Assembly: GCF_002105155.1 (NCBI RefSeq)
Contig: NW_019028980.1
Location: 1,426,001 to 1,490,000, forward strand
DNA length: 64,000 bases
Reading direction: 5' to 3'
Source: Lobosporangium transversale
Taxonomy: Eukaryota
Each line of letters begins with the position of its first letter. The stretch's first letter is position 1. The notes under the pieces were generated by a model. It was given only the letters and a program-made list of their open reading frames with translations, was not told the DNA's origin and searched no databases. This document shows, in pieces, positions 63,824 through 64,000 of the stretch. The translations under genes were made by a program, and so were the position numbers.

Positions 63824-64000
63824 AGTAGTTGTTCACAATTTACACTATTTCATCATAGTAAATCATGTAAACAGGCATGATCCTCAGGTCCCGCACACAC
63901 ACACACACACGAAGATGTCCGCGATCTTGTCGTCACTTTCTGTGTTTTCTCTGTTGCGAGCGAGTTGCATTTTACAACAGAAGGAGAAACTCATCCATTC

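Overview
This is a eukaryotic, intron-rich fungal genomic window. An early-diverging fungus of the Mortierellaceae/Mucoromycota type is inferred from gene content, intron style and pervasive long poly(A)/poly(T) runs. I hand-modelled about 20 protein-coding genes from the ORF track plus splice signals: transportin (3' part), an aldo-keto reductase, ECO1, an O-fucosyltransferase-family protein, SNX3, TRM1, a YOR1/MRP-type ABCC transporter, an ICME-like alpha/beta hydrolase, an SLC25A39/Mtm1 carrier, RPS24, TXNDC17, ERV41, a Vip1-like RRM protein, a CPT1/EPT1 phosphotransferase, an orphan type-I membrane protein, FZO1, a GTP-type PEPCK, a heptad-repeat multi-TM protein, SWC5 and a LYR-motif protein. 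There is also a degraded Tc1/mariner remnant. It is mostly a housekeeping region, with no rRNA, convincing tRNA, CRISPR or biosynthetic cluster. The most notable observations are: (1) a mitochondrially targeted GTP-dependent (animal/actinobacterial-type) PEPCK; (2) an ICME-like hydrolase whose catalytic Ser position is Gly, in a gene that also has a GC donor and a 9-nt microexon or recursive-splice site; (3) an RPS24 first intron with a GC donor, folded by a sense-strand long-range stem; (4) in-frame upstream ATGs that add mitochondrial presequence-like extensions to TXNDC17 and TRM1. All exon boundaries were read by eye and are unverified by RNA-seq.
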